From Anthoceros angustus (taxonomy: Eukaryota; Plantae; Anthocerotophyta): DNA of 64,000 nt. The first letter of the stretch is position 1, and each line of letters starts with the position of its first letter. The stretch covers positions 42,273 through 106,272 of the forward strand of contig VJWM01000304.1 of the NCBI GenBank assembly GCA_010909165.1, written 5' to 3'. The notes under the pieces are model-generated. The model was not told the origin of the DNA, did no database searches, and saw only the letters and a program-made list of their open reading frames with translations. Positions 23,301-36,000 of this stretch are shown here, piece by piece. The position numbers and the translations under genes are program-made.

Positions 23301-24540
23301 AGGATGTGGAGAATTTGCAAAAGGCGGAGGATTTCAAGAACTTCATATTTGAGATTAACAACGGAAGAGTCTTGAGGATGAGCGGCAATCATGGACAAGG
23401 ATTTGAAAAGATTTGCACTTGTTCCTGTTCAGTGCGAGAAGAGTGTTACTATCAAGTGGAAAAAGAAACATTATGGAGATGCGGGATTCCTTGATGGGCT
23501 TATACCCTTCGGTTATGGATGTCCCAAGAGGCTTTGACATTGGTCCTATGGATAGTCGGTTGGATGCGGGCATGATGAACAGTTTTCCAAAGCTTCCGGA
23601 GAAGGCGGAAGAATTCAGCTCATTGTCATGCACGGAGTGGAAGAAGCTCACCTTGTGAGAGAGTGCATGCGTGGATTATGTGGCAAGGGTGGAATGGTGT
23701 CCTTCGTTTGGGACAAAACAAACATGAGTAATGACGGTGGATTTGAGACAGTGGAGTACATAGATTGCTTGGTGTGTGAAGGAAGGCTCGAAGGCAAGGC
23801 TATGACGCCCAATATTACGAGGACTTTTAACAATGGACGATCCGTGATTGCACATGATCTTGGTGAAGAAGCGGTGTACATGTCTCAAGACAAAATGGTG
23901 GTGTGCCTACCAAAGACCTCTCGGGTTGATGATGAAATTCATCAAAACATTCTCGAAAGAAGGAGATTGGATTACGGATGGTTGCGCAGAAGTGGGACAA
24001 CAACACGCGGCATTGCTTTGACGCAATTCTATTGCAATAGAGGTGACCTCATCTGGTTATATCCCTAGCGCATACATGGTTTCGAGGTTTTGCGGTGGAA
24101 AGAGGAGCTCACATTCGAGGCCCAGGAGAGGCGGCTGATTAGGCTAAAGAAGTTTGTATTAGCGAAAAAATTGTTCGAAAGCTCGTGGTTCCACTTAGTG
24201 CAAGGAGGATGAAAGCATAAGCAGGGACTTGCTAGAGGAAGGACAACAAACCACGGATCATGTGCGATGCAGGAGTGGTGGCGACAAGGGCGGCGACAAC
24301 GCAGAAGATGATGAAGCGAAGGCCACAGCGGTGGCAGCCGATGTAGTAGAATTGGAGCATGCGCAACTGGCGATTGTTTTAGATTGAAGCCACCCAAGCG
24401 CAGATGAGTCTCGAGTCATCGCTGAGGATCTTTGTAGAGGAAAGACTATATTCGAGGGACGGAAGAGGGGTTTTGAAACGTGATATCGATTTTCTTTCAT
24501 TACTTGTGTCAAAGCATGGTAGGCAAGGATACTCTGGCGG
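20392..24540 (+). pseudogene. Multi-exon ParB/Srx-like plus beta-class N4C/N6A DNA methyltransferase gene (frameshifted); ends approximate
   Basis: ParB-like: QIRRVDEAWSNYLARVI..VLG(G)NHTYLAMKHL..VEAHVSVGL(T)VHEMRVLATDHN..MSFIEQ (about 21970-22350). MTase motif IV VMDVPRGF (DVP at 23518-23526). Motif I region YQRPLGLMMKFIKTFSKEGDWITDGCA(G)SGTTT.AALL..RNSIAIE (23908-24042). GT-AG intron at about 22948-23288. Confidence 0.8.
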
Positions 24541-24735
24541 CGGCCGGCCGATAAAACCTCTGTTTTATGAATTGTGAAATATCAATGTTTTTTCCCCTTT
24601 CGTATTTAGCATGGTCTTTGTGGAGGATTCAACGTATTTTGCATTTCCCGAACGGTGTCTTTTTTGTGAAGGGGGTTTCAGTTGTGCGGAAGGGGGTTTG
24701 TATATTAACCCCCTTCCAAGATTATCATGTTTAGG

Positions 24736-27646
24736 GGCCCAAATTCTGCCCCCGCCGGCCTCTTGCTGGAAATTTCCAGCCTTCCCACACTCCTCGGGCC
24801 ATCGCGCGGCAACGTAGGCCCTCGCACCGTCGCCCCATCTGCTCTCCCGCCCAGCGCGGGTGATGGCGGCCTGGGCGCCGCCCGCGGCGCCTCGCGCTGC
24901 CCTTCCTTCCTCTTCCCTACCGCCGTGATTGCACTACCTGGGCATAGGGTGTTGCCTCTGCGGTGGTGATCCCCAGCGGTGGCCTGCCTACCTACTGGTA
25001 GGTGGCCTACTTAGTCTGCCTACTGCAGAGGGGTGCCTACTGGGGTGGTGCCCCTGCCGGGTAGGCCGCCTACTGCCGGGTGGTGCCGCCTACCTGGGGT
25101 GGTGCCTCTCTGGGGTCCCCTACCACGGTGGTCGCACCACCGGTAGGCGGCCTCCCTACCGGGGTAGGCTGCCGGGGTGCCTCTTCTCTAGGCACCCACG
25201 AAATGGTGGGGACTCCTCTCACCCTGGGGGTCGTCACCCCTACCATGGTAGTCCGCCTCTCATAGACTACCACCTAGCCCTCCTTGGCCGGATCTTGCTC
25301 CTCTCCTCCTCCTTGCTCTTGTGGAGGAAAGGCCTCCCACTCCGGCAACCTTGTTGCCTCCACCTCCTCCACCCTCGGTCCTGGTGTGCTTATGGAGGTC
25401 TGCCCTCCCATGGTCTTCCTTAGAGCGAAAGGCAAAGGTCGCTCTAAACTTGGCTGGAGGTGGATTATCTCAAAAGGATGCCAAGCATCCTCAAGCTCCT
25501 TGCTGGTCAAGAGCCCCTCCATTTCCCACAAGTGCACCAAATAGGTGCTGAGGTAACATGGCCTTGGCCCTTCTTCATCCACCGAATTTGGCCTAAGGAG
25601 CTTCTCCCTGTGATGTATGTAGGCCTCATACATGATCGTCCCCCAATCCGGCTTAGCTCCTCGAGAAATCTTCCACAAAAATTGGACGAAGTTGGTGCTG
25701 AAATAGGAGGTCCGTTGATAGTTCACCAACCCCAACACAATTTTGGCAAAGAGCCGCCATTTCAGCTCCTTGATGCTGTCCGTCTTCCAGCCATTCTTGG
25801 CGTGGCCTTCACTCCTCCGTCCATCATGTCGAGGACTTCCTGCGGAATTTCTGAGAGGGAAATCCTCTTCCCTCCATTTGTCCTCTCAAGGAGAGCAATT
25901 CCGGAGCTCTCCTCCTCCGGTCTCCCATACACTTGCCTAATGCTTCGGACGGTCTAGCAGCGGGGATCAGTCCAAGCATTCCTCTCCGGCAACGCGGCAA
26001 GGGCTACTTCCAATTGATGGAGGTTGATATAACACTCCTCAATCAATTCCAAATTGGTGTAGGCCCACTGGCGGCCATACACCCATCCCAATTGGATGTC
26101 TTCCTCCTCCGCCCATTGCCTAAAATTCTACCAAATCCCTGGGATTGAGCTGCCCCGCAAAACAGGTGAACTGGGGCATCACAAGTTCATCTCCCCCTGG
26201 CGGCGCAGCCTCCGCTGCCGCCTTCTTTCCCTTTCCTCCTCGCGAGGAGGAACCCTTGGCAAGCGGTTCCTTCCCCTTGCCCTTTCCTGCTCGAGGCATG
26301 GCGTCGTTTTTCTTCCCAAATGCTTCTAGGGGAGTGAATCACTTCCCAAGTGCTATTGAAGGAGGAAGCTACTTCCCAATTCCAAGCTTCCTCTCGGCCT
26401 CTTGGGGTCTCACCTTGAGGCTCTCCACAGTGGAAACAATCACACAATCGGGAGTTAGCTCGCTCACTCCCGCCACCTTCTTCTCTTCTTCTTCTCTCTC
26501 GCAGGTGCCTCCCTCAATTTGCCGCTCTTGTGACTCTCCTCTTCTATCCGGTTGCCCTCACGCTGAGCGCCGCCCTCACGTCTCTTGGTCCTCCCGGCAC
26601 TCAGCCGTGGTGCTTTGCAAGTCCTTCACGCCTCCGCTGAAAAGCTCCTCGGTAGCGTGATGTTTTCCTCCTCTCCCTCTCGCTCCGGCTAGGGTTTCTT
26701 CCTCCGCTTTCATGGCAGTCTTCCAGACCATTCTTGGCGTGGCCTTCACTCCTCCGTCCATCATGTCGAGGACTTCCTGCGGAATTTAGAGGAAATCCTC
26801 TTCCTCCATTTGTCCTCTCAAGGAGAGCAATTCGAGCTCTCCTCCTCCGGTCTCCCATACACTTGCCTAATGCTTGGACGGTCTAGCAGCGGGATCGGTC
26901 AAGCATTCCTCCTCCCGGCTCTGGCAAGGGCTACTTCAATTGATGGAGGTTGATATAACACTCCTCAATCAATTCCAAATTAGTGTAGGCCATGGCGGCC
27001 ATACACCCATCCCAATTGGATGTCTTCCTCCTCCGCCCATTGCCTAAAATTCTACCAAATCACAGGATTGAGCTGCCCATAAGCAGGTGAACTGGGCATC
27101 ACAAGTTCATCTCCCCACAGCGCGCCCTCGCTGCCGCCTTCTTTCCCTTTCCTCCTCGAGGAGGAACCCTTAACAGCGGTTCCTTCCCTTGCCCTCACCT
27201 CGAGGCATGGCGTCGTTTTTCTTCCCAAATGCTTCTAGGGGAGTGAATCACTTCCCAAGTGCTATTGAAGGAGGAAGCTACTTCCCAATTCCAAGCTTCC
27301 TCTCGGCCTCTTGGGGTCTCACCTTGAGGCTCTCCTGGTGGGGGAAACAATCACACAATCAGGAAGTTAGCTCTGGCTCACTCCCCGCCACCTTCTTCTC
27401 TTCTTCTTCTCTCTCGCAGAGGTGCCTCCACTCAATTTGCCTGCGCTTTCCTGGCGACTCTCCTCTTCAATCCGGGGTCGCCCTCCGCCGCCTGAAGCGC
27501 CGCCCTCACGTCCACTGTTCCTCCCAGCACTCAACGCTCGTGGTGCTTTGCAAGTCCTTCACGCCTCCCAGCGCTCGAAAAGCTCCTCAGCGCGTGATGT
27601 TTTCCTCCTCTCCCTCTCGCTCCAGCTAGGGTTTCTTCCTCCGCTT
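24736..27646 (-). mobile_element. Gypsy accessory region, right part, including a 936-bp tandem duplication
   Basis: ORF 25274-25738 (KPDWGTIMYE...YLSTYLVHLW) resembles plant retroelement-associated proteins. 25782-26710 is repeated at 26718-27646. Confidence 0.6.
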
Positions 27647-27789
27647 CAGCTCGCGCGCCGTCTTCCTCATGCTCGTAGGTGGCGGCGACAGCGATGGCGA
27701 TGGCGTGGGTGAGGACAACAACGACAAGGGATTGTGCGCGCCCGGCTGGCCGTCAGCGAAAGTCACGCCACACTCACCAAGGTAACTGT

Positions 27790-28270
27790 AACACACATGT
27801 ATGATTGGGATGCTAAATTACATTCAGCACTGTGGGCTTACAGGACCGCGGAGAAGGTAACCACCAAGAAAACCCCTTATTATCTGACATATGGAATGTT
27901 ACCTGTTATGCCTGTGGAATTCGAAGTACCTACCTATAGGATCATAGAGGATGAACGCATGACCGTAGAAGATAGTCAAGTAGCTACGTTAGAATCTTTC
28001 GTAGAACAGGAGGAACATAGAGAAGATGCCTTAGAGGAAACCCAGCGGATTCAGGAACTCAGGAAAGACCGGCATGATGGGAAGATGAGGAAGCAGGAGG
28101 TTATCGTGGCTGGGGATTTGGTTCTCCCATACGATAGTCGGTACTTGGACTTCCCGGGAAAGCTTAGGCTGAGATGGATGGGACCTTATGAGGTGGTGGC
28201 AATATACGAGAATGGATCTGTGCAACTCCGGGTGCTGGGAGGAGAATTACTGCCTACTAGAGTGAATGGG
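27790..28270 (+). pseudogene. Ty3/gypsy integrase C-terminal fragment (non-chromovirus type)
   Basis: DWDAKLHSALWAYRTAEKVTTKKTPYYLTYG..PVEFEVPT..GKLRLRWMGPYEV..NGSVQL..RVNG. Confidence 0.9.
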
Positions 28271-30358
28271 TGGATTCGTTCTTCTTCTGGCTCTTTTGGG
28301 CTGGCTGCCCAAACTTTTGCATTCCACAGTGCCGCTCGTCTGCTGCCCCCATGCATGTCGTCGCGCTCCTCATCACTTGATAACCACACAGTGCATTCCT
28401 CCCTCCACGCTTTGGCCTTTGCCTCGCTCATCTCCTTAAGCACAACTTGCGGGGGGTATGCCCCAGCTCCCGTTTGAAGGAACCACTGGTAGACGCCTGT
28501 GGCGGTTAAGATGTCTGACCCGATGGTTTACGCCCCTCTGTCCCAACAACCACATACACATTTAGAGTGAGCACCGCTCACCATGCGGCCGTGACACGAG
28601 CATCCTCATCCAGCGCGTACGATCGCCTTTACAGAGGTCCTTACCCTATCCACCCGTGGACAATCCGGGACTGGCTGCCCCTTGGAATCCAGGGACGTTG
28701 CATCCCCGCCTGCGGCGCTCTTGTTTGTGGCTTCCCCTACCTCGGGTCCCCCTTCCGCGACGGTGGCCGGTTTAGCCACCATGATAGCTGCTTTCCCAAC
28801 GGTGGTCGCTTTAGCCACCGTGGTGGCTGTCGCTCTGCCCTTCTTCGGCTTGCCCGTCTCTCTCTTGATCTTGGCCCTAGCCTCATCCCTCTCCCGCTTA
28901 TACCTCTCCGCTAGTTTCTTGAACTTTTCCAGAGGCGCCAGCGTCTCCACCTGTTCTTGGACCCGCAAAACTTCATTCTGGAGCTCCTCAATCGTAGCAT
29001 GTGCCCCTTTTACTTGGTTCACCAGGGCCTCCTGTTGGGTAGACATAGCTCTCAGCTTCTCCTGTGTCTTGCTTAGTGCCTCCTCGCACTCCCGCCTGCG
29101 GTCCTCTGCTGCCTTTTTCTCGCTCTCCAACCCCTCCAACTTTTCCTTGAGCAACTTCTCTTGTTGCCCCTGCACACTCAGCCAGGTGAGAGCCATAGCT
29201 GCCTGGTCGAGAAGGTCCGCCTGGGTCTGAGCCATTGCTGAAGTCAGAACCTGCAGTTTCCCAAATTGGGCTGTCCCAGTGCCCATTCCCTTCCACAACA
29301 AGCCCGTGCATGGGGTTTGTGTCACTCGCCTCCACGGGGCCAATGGGATATCTCCAAAAATGTCCTTGAGCTCGTGGGAACCTTGCCAAATTAACCCTTC
29401 CTCCCTAGGGGTTGGTGCATGGCCTCCTCATTTGTAAAACTCCTCGCGATTGCGATTTGTCCTCCACTTTTGACAAGAGGACAACCCACCGTTCCCTTTT
29501 ACTTTCCTCCTTCAAGGGCTCTTCACACAGTGATCCGGGGTGTGGTTGTGGGCTCCTCCTCTATTGCGGCCGTCTTCCCCTTTTTGGTCGACCCCCGTTC
29601 AGTCGCCACCACCTTCCTCTTCCTGCTCCTTGTGACCTCCCCACCGTCATCTGAATCTTCTGGTGCCGCGAATTCCCAACTGCTGGAGTCCTTCCCCGAA
29701 TCTTCCTTGGACTCTTCTTCTTCTACCTTGAACTCTTCTTCTTCTACCTTGAGTTCCTTGACCGGCTTCCAGCTATGAAGGGCAGACACAATCTCCAACT
29801 CAGTGAGGCACTCGGAATACACAAACACATGAATCAGGAAAGGTGAGATCAGAGAGGGACGAGGACAGGAGGAGAGCAAATTTGCCCTCTCTTCACACGC
29901 CCTCTCAAAAATTATCCTGCCCCAGTCAATCTGTGTGCCTTTAACCACTTCATGAAGGAATACCAGGAAGTGGTCTGCCATGTGATCCAACTTTCGGTTC
30001 TGCAGAAAACACAAAATCCACTTGGCCAGCCCCACGAGTTGCACAAACGCGAGTTGGCGAGTCACCCATCCATTGTTAACCCGCACCTCCCCAGGCTTCA
30101 TGATTGCTGCCGCTGCAACCTTTAAAGTCTTCTTCCTCTGGGGATCAATCACCAGACTCCCATCTTCCGACTCGTCTCGCCCATACACTGCCTGGAAGAG
30201 TCCTAGGGTCCCAGTTTTGCGGCCTCTGCTGCATGTCACCCTCCTGCAACTTGGCCTTCAATTGCGGGCACATTCCTGCACCAATGCTGGACTGACATAA
30301 CACCATTTCTTCTCCATGAAGCTCAATCCCAACTCCTGTAAACGTTCTAGACAGAACG
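28270..30358 (-). mobile_element. Gypsy-family accessory ORFs (retroelement-associated domain plus coiled coil)
   Basis: ORF 29523-30239 (QIDWGRIIFE..LISPFLIHVF) and ORF 28606-29343 (coiled coil). A more degraded inverted copy lies at about 34080-35775. Confidence 0.6.
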
Positions 30359-30528
30359 TGAAGAGTGAATGCAAAAGCAAAAGATTGAATTGATTAATTA
30401 CAAAAAGGGTCTCAGGTGTTTTTATATCTAAACCTAATTTACGAACAGTCACTTATATCAAACGGACACCACCTATCACTAACTTAAGCGAGTATAGGTT
30501 AACTAATATATATCCATATATCTTAACA
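30359..30528 (-). repeat. Copia 3' LTR (about 170 bp) preceded by a polypurine tract
   Basis: Minus strand AAGAGGGAG followed by TGTTAAG...CACTCTTCA; lies downstream of copia RNase H. No 5' LTR found. Confidence 0.7.
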
Positions 30529-31274
30529 CTCCCTCTTAAGCATAACGAGCTTAAGATCGAGCTCCCTCACATGCAACACATGGGCACGTAGTCATTACAG
30601 TCCAACAACCGAACTCGAGAGCAGAGCGTGGCACAGTCTTCAAGATGGCGATCCTCACATGCCGACCTTCGCCGCCTCGCACCGGCTGTTCATCCGTCAC
30701 GCATCGCCATGTCGTCGAGGCGGGATGGCGTGGTCGAGGAAAAGGCTCGGCGGAGACACCACCGCTAGCGAGAAGGAGCCCGAGGCTACACAGGGGCGCC
30801 TCTTCTCCTAGCTGGGATGACAGCTACACTATCGGCCAGTCCATCAAAGTTCGTGGGTATAAGATCAGCCTGGAAGTTCATCTGCGCTGGGGAAGCTGAC
30901 TGAAGATGCCACCGGACCGCTTCCAACGCGCGGCGAGCTCGAGGAGGAGATGGACCTTGTTGCCCAGCTTAAGGCAGTGGCAGCGCTGCTGACTCAAATC
31001 AAGGAGGCATCGGAGGTGGCAGCCGACTGCAGGGCGCTTAGGTTGGCGTTGAGCTTCATCCGCACTGCCTGGCTGGAAATAATTTATTGCTCCCTCGCAT
31101 CCTACCTGTCCACTGATTCTCATATGTCTGTGGGTCGTACAGAAAGTGAAGGCTTGGCGGCGATGGAGGCTGGCGAGCACTTCATCTATCAATGAGAACA
31201 TAACTCACCTATCGAGAGCAGGCTCCCACCCCTCCCACCACCGACACGACATGCCTGCTACTTGTTGTTGAGCA

Positions 31275-33240
31275 TGTAACCTGTCAGTCACATAAGCCAA
31301 GCCCTTCCATGTCGATAGTGTTTTGTCTTGACAGGCCTTGGTGAGCACGTCGGTGTGTTTTCGGTGTGGACATAATCAACCTTCACAAGACGCTCCACCA
31401 CATCTCGGATGTAGTGATGTCAGATCTCTATGTGTTTTGTTCGGGCGTGAAACACAGGGTTAGCAACGAGCCGAGACATATTGTCACATAACAATGGTGT
31501 TGGTTTCACCGCCCAAGTCTGTAAGGAAAGTCCTTTCCCACTCTGCCTCTTTGGATGCATCATCAAACTCTTGTACTCGGCTGTAGATGATAGGGCAATG
31601 GAGGATCGCTGCAGCTCAATTGATGGCTGCTAAAGAAAGCAGATGTGGAGAGGCTTTTCCTATCACATCGCCATAATCGGCATCTCAGAAACCCCTTAAG
31701 GTAAGCTGATTTTGTCCACTGCCTTTATAGCAAAGTCCGTAACATTGGGTGCCTTTGAGATAGCGAAAAACTCGTTTGGCGCTACCCGATGTGCGGCGGG
31801 GTTCTCTAAGAAGCGAGAGTGTGCTCAGAATCATCGTATGTCGGGACGTGTCCAGTTTCCTACAAACAAGAGGCTGCCAATCGCATGTCGATATGGTACG
31901 GTAACCATCTCTCGTTTGTCTGCTTCTGACTGAGGGCATTGTAAACTTGTGAGCTTTACTCCTATGGCTGCGCGAAGGTGTCGTGCTTGGTCCGGCTTGA
32001 ACTTTATCAAGATGTCACGGATGTATTGGTATTGATGTATCATCAAGAGCCCTTGAGACCTCACTCGCAGCTTGGATGCCTAAATGTAATGTAAGTTCTC
32101 CGATATCCTTCATGTCATACTTGCGCTTAACATTTGTTTCACTTCTTCTAATAGCTGATTGCTGCTGGCAGCCAGGATGACATCATCAACATAGAGGGCG
32201 AGCACAACATAATCTCGCCTCGTCAGAAGCTGTCCCACTGACTTTGCTTAAAGGACCTGCTAAGGAGGTAGACATGAATATTCAGGTACCACACTCGGCC
32301 ACTTTGCTTCAGACCATAGATGGTCTTCAGCAACTTGCACACTTTTGTGGGGTCTTTGTTTGTCTTCGTATCCTTGGGTTGCGTCATATATAGGTCTTCG
32401 CCTAAGGCTCCATAAAGGTAAGCCGTGCTTACATCCATCCGATATAATTCAGTTATGCTCTGCACTAAGGCTAAGATCATTCTAATTGATTGTGATTTCA
32501 CCACAGGGAGAAGGTCTCTTGATAGTCAAGTCCCTCAACTTGTGTGAAACCCCTAGCTACAAGTCTTGCCTTGTATCCGGCTATCTCTCCTTTATCATTG
32601 AGCTTTAGCTTGAATACCCATTTACGAAATGGGTTTCTGTCAGTGCAAGTCTACCAATTTCGGTATGATTCTTGACAAGGCTGTTGAACTCGTCATCAAT
32701 CGCAAATTTCCATTTATCCTTTTCATGACTAGAAAGCTTCTTTCAAGGACTTGGGTTCTAAGTCAATCGTGGTTGATGCGGCATGGACAGCCTCGCTATT
32801 GATGTTCAAAATCGATGGATTGGTATCCGGGTTCTTTCCACTCTTCAGAGGTGGCGTACCGCCGGAACGTCGGGAGCCGGATCATCCGCGTGGCGGGTCC
32901 GCCGCGGGTTCGTTTCCACATCCGTGACGTTTAGCATGTCGTAGATCTCCTTGTGCATCACCGCAAGTCTTTGCATCATCTTGAGGAAATTGGTCTTGTA
33001 AATTATGATCCGGAAGGTTGGCTTCTTCATCGAGGATCATGCGGTATTAACCGCATCACACGGTTCTGGTCGTGAGGTCTGTATAAATGGGGCTTGTGGA
33101 CCAGTTGTGGATTCATCGAGCGGTGCCGGAGTCGGGCCAGCATCATCATCCGAAGTCAAAGTCGATGTTTCATGTTCCAAATCACCTCCCTCGGTGGTGA
33201 ATTGGCTCCTGATTCAATGTGAGGCCCGAAACCGGTGACA
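31275..33240 (-). pseudogene. Ty1/copia RT-RNase H with upstream linker
   Basis: [85 protein letters not shown]. Confidence 0.92.
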
Positions 33241-33599
33241 GCCGTGTTGACTCAATGAAGGTACGGACTGGCCAATAATTTATTTGGGAAATAGGGTTAT
33301 ATAATTTATAAGCCTTGGATGTTTCACTATAGCCTGTGAAAATAAGAGCTTGTGGAAGACCACATATACACTAACCTCTAAGTGCCTGGATGAACGATTT
33401 TTTTTGTTTTGAGAGTGTTTGTATAGCAAAGTGCTTTGAGAATCGCCTGGTAAGGTCTTTTATACGAGAATGGTCCTTGGCCCTTGGGATAATAATTTGT
33501 TTTGAACCTTAGGTTTTCGACCCGGATAGGTAGGTCGGAGATAGAGTCCTTGGGTTTTGGTGATTTTAGAAATAAGAAAGTGTCTATATATGTTAGGTG

Positions 33600-36000
33600 C
33601 CTACACGCCATGCTGGCCAGCTGGAGGTAGCCGCCCACCACGGGTCAAGAACGGACGATGCACTGTGGGAGTTTACAACCCTAGTGGCGAGCACCGCTGC
33701 ATACGGAGCGCAATCGAGAGACGACACACCAAAGACCGCGAGGTCGCGAATTCCGTGCCAGCGAGTCAGCAAGAAGTCGCGATGCAACCGCTCCGGGCGA
33801 GCCTCCGCTGGTGTGCTGGACGACGCTGGCCACGGCGGCGGCGAAGAGAACCAACAAGTAGAGCGAAGGAGGAAAAGAGATGAGGCAAGAGCGCCAGCGA
33901 AGTGGAGGAGACGCGAGGTGGTGTTCCTTTTCGACCAGCGTGCAGGAGTGTTGGGTTCTTTTCACGAAGAAACAAGGAGAAAGGAGATGGCGAGTCGCGG
34001 GCCGAAATTTCATGCAAAGGCCCAACATGGACCATCGGAAGGTGAGAGCGGGCACCGTGTGAGCTGGGTCCGGAATTTATGGAGATGAAATGGTGTTACG
34101 ATCAAAGATTGGTGCAAGAGTGCGCCCGGCAATTGAGAACCAAGTTGCAAGAGGGAGACGCGAGGAAGAGGCCGCAAAACTGGGATTTGGGACTCTTTCG
34201 AGCAGTGTATGGGCGAGAAGCATCAGAGGATGGAAGCTTGGTAATTGATCCCCAGAGAAAGAAGACCACGAGGCTGCGCTCATGAAGCACTGGGAAGTGA
34301 GAGTGAACAATGGATGGGTGACTCGCCAACTCGTGTTCCAAGGCACGGTGGGATTAGCCAAGTGGATTTTGTGTTTCTGAGAATCGGAAGTTGGATCATA
34401 TGGCGCACTACTCGGTCTTTCTTCATGAGGTGGTTAAAGGTACTCAAATCGATTGGGCGGATGATCTTTGAAAGAGCCTGTGAGGAGAGGGAATTTGCTC
34501 TCCCTTCCTCGACCCTCCTTGATTTCACCTTTTCTAATTCATGTGTTCGCGCATTAGTGTCTAACGGAGTTGGAAGTCGGTTCCGCCTTCATAGCCGGAA
34601 ACCCAGGGAACCCAAGGTAGAGGAGGAGTGTAAGGAAGATTCCGGAAGGATTCCAAGATTGGGAATGCGCCTAGAAGATCTGGATGAAGGTGGGGAGGTT
34701 TCCAAGGGCAAGAAGCGGAGGCGGCGACGGCCGAACGGGTCAAGAAGGGAAGGACAGGCAGAAGAGGAACCCACCACACCTAGGGTCACCAGTCGAAATC
34801 AGCAGGAACGCGAGTGAAGGAGGAGAAAATAAAAGGGAACGACAAGTTGTGCCCCTCCTGTGGGGAGGAGTCGCCGCTAGGAGAGATTGGAGCGGATGAG
34901 GAGATTGTGGCAAACCAACCCCTAGAAGAAGAGGGGTTAGTTCGATAGCCAAGTCCGCGGAGCTCCTAACATTTTGGCGACATTTCACCGACCCGTCCTC
35001 AAGTGGAGGTGTGACACAAGGCGAATTGTTGTGGAAGGAATGGGCAAGCCCAATTGGGAATCAGGCCTTGACTCGCCATGGCTCGCAGTGATCTCCTCGA
35101 CCAGCCATGGCTCTCACCGGCCGAGTGTGCAGGGCCAACAGGAAAAGTTGCTCAAGGAGAAGTTGGAGAGCCTGGAAGGCGAGAACAAGGTGGCGAGGAG
35201 CGCAGACGGAATGCGAGGCGGCCCTATGCAAGGCATGTGAGCGCTAAAGGCCATGTCCACCCAACAGAGGCCTTAGTGAATCAGTCAAGGGGCGATGCCA
35301 CAATCGAGGAGCTTCAAGATGAGGTCTCATGAGCCTGTGAACAAATGGAAACAATGGCGCCCGAGAAATTCAAGAAGTCAAGGAGATATAAGCGAGAGAG
35401 ATGAAGCTAGGGCCGAGTCAAGAGAGAGGTGGCCAAACCAAGAAGGGCAGAGCCACAAAGAACCGCAGTCAAGCCACCACCGGGGAAACTACCACCACGG
35501 TGGCTAAACCGTCGCGGAAGGAGGAACCGAGGTGGGGAAGTCAATGGCTGAGCGGGGATACGATCCTGGATCCAAGGCACGCCTGTGATTGTCCACGGAG
35601 GAGAGGTAAGAACCTCGTAGTCAAGAGCGACAGTTACGGCCCTGGATGAGGATGCTCATGTCCTCGCTTCGCATGGTGAGCGGTGCTCACTCTAAATGTG
35701 TATGTGGTTGTTGGGACAGAGGGGCGTAAACTATTGGTCGACATCTTGACCGCCACAGGCGTTTACGATGGTTCTTCCGAACGGGAGCGGGGCCTACCCC
35801 AAGTGGTGATCGAGGAAATGAGCGCGAAGCTGTGGCGTGGAGGGAGGAGCACGGTGGCTGTCCAACATGAGGAGCGGAATAATGCCTAGGGCCTATAGAC
35901 AACGACGCCCATGGAAGACGCCAAGAAACCGCAGTGCGATGCGAGGTGGAGGTTTTGGGGAGAATCGCTCGGATCGGGCGTGGCGGGAGGCGAGGCGGAA
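33600..36000 (+). mobile_element. Degraded gypsy accessory region, inverted relative to 28480-30300
   Basis: Shared sequence, e.g. GTGAGCGGTGCTCACTCTAAATGTGTATGTGGTTGTTGGGACAGAGGGGCGTAAAC is the reverse complement of about 28520-28580. Confidence 0.7.

Larger units (their letters stand above)
15577..24731. mobile_element. 9,155-bp Sola-like TIR DNA transposon encoding a transposase and a ParB-like/DNA methyltransferase gene
   Basis: 33-bp TIRs with one mismatch: AACATGCTAATCTTGGAAGGGGGTTAATATACA (15577-15609) and TGTATATTAACCCCCTTCCAAGATTATCATGTT (24699-24731). 4-bp TSD TAGG (15573-15576, 24732-24735). Removal restores the host frame EFGPLGDLLGACEAL. Confidence 0.93.
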
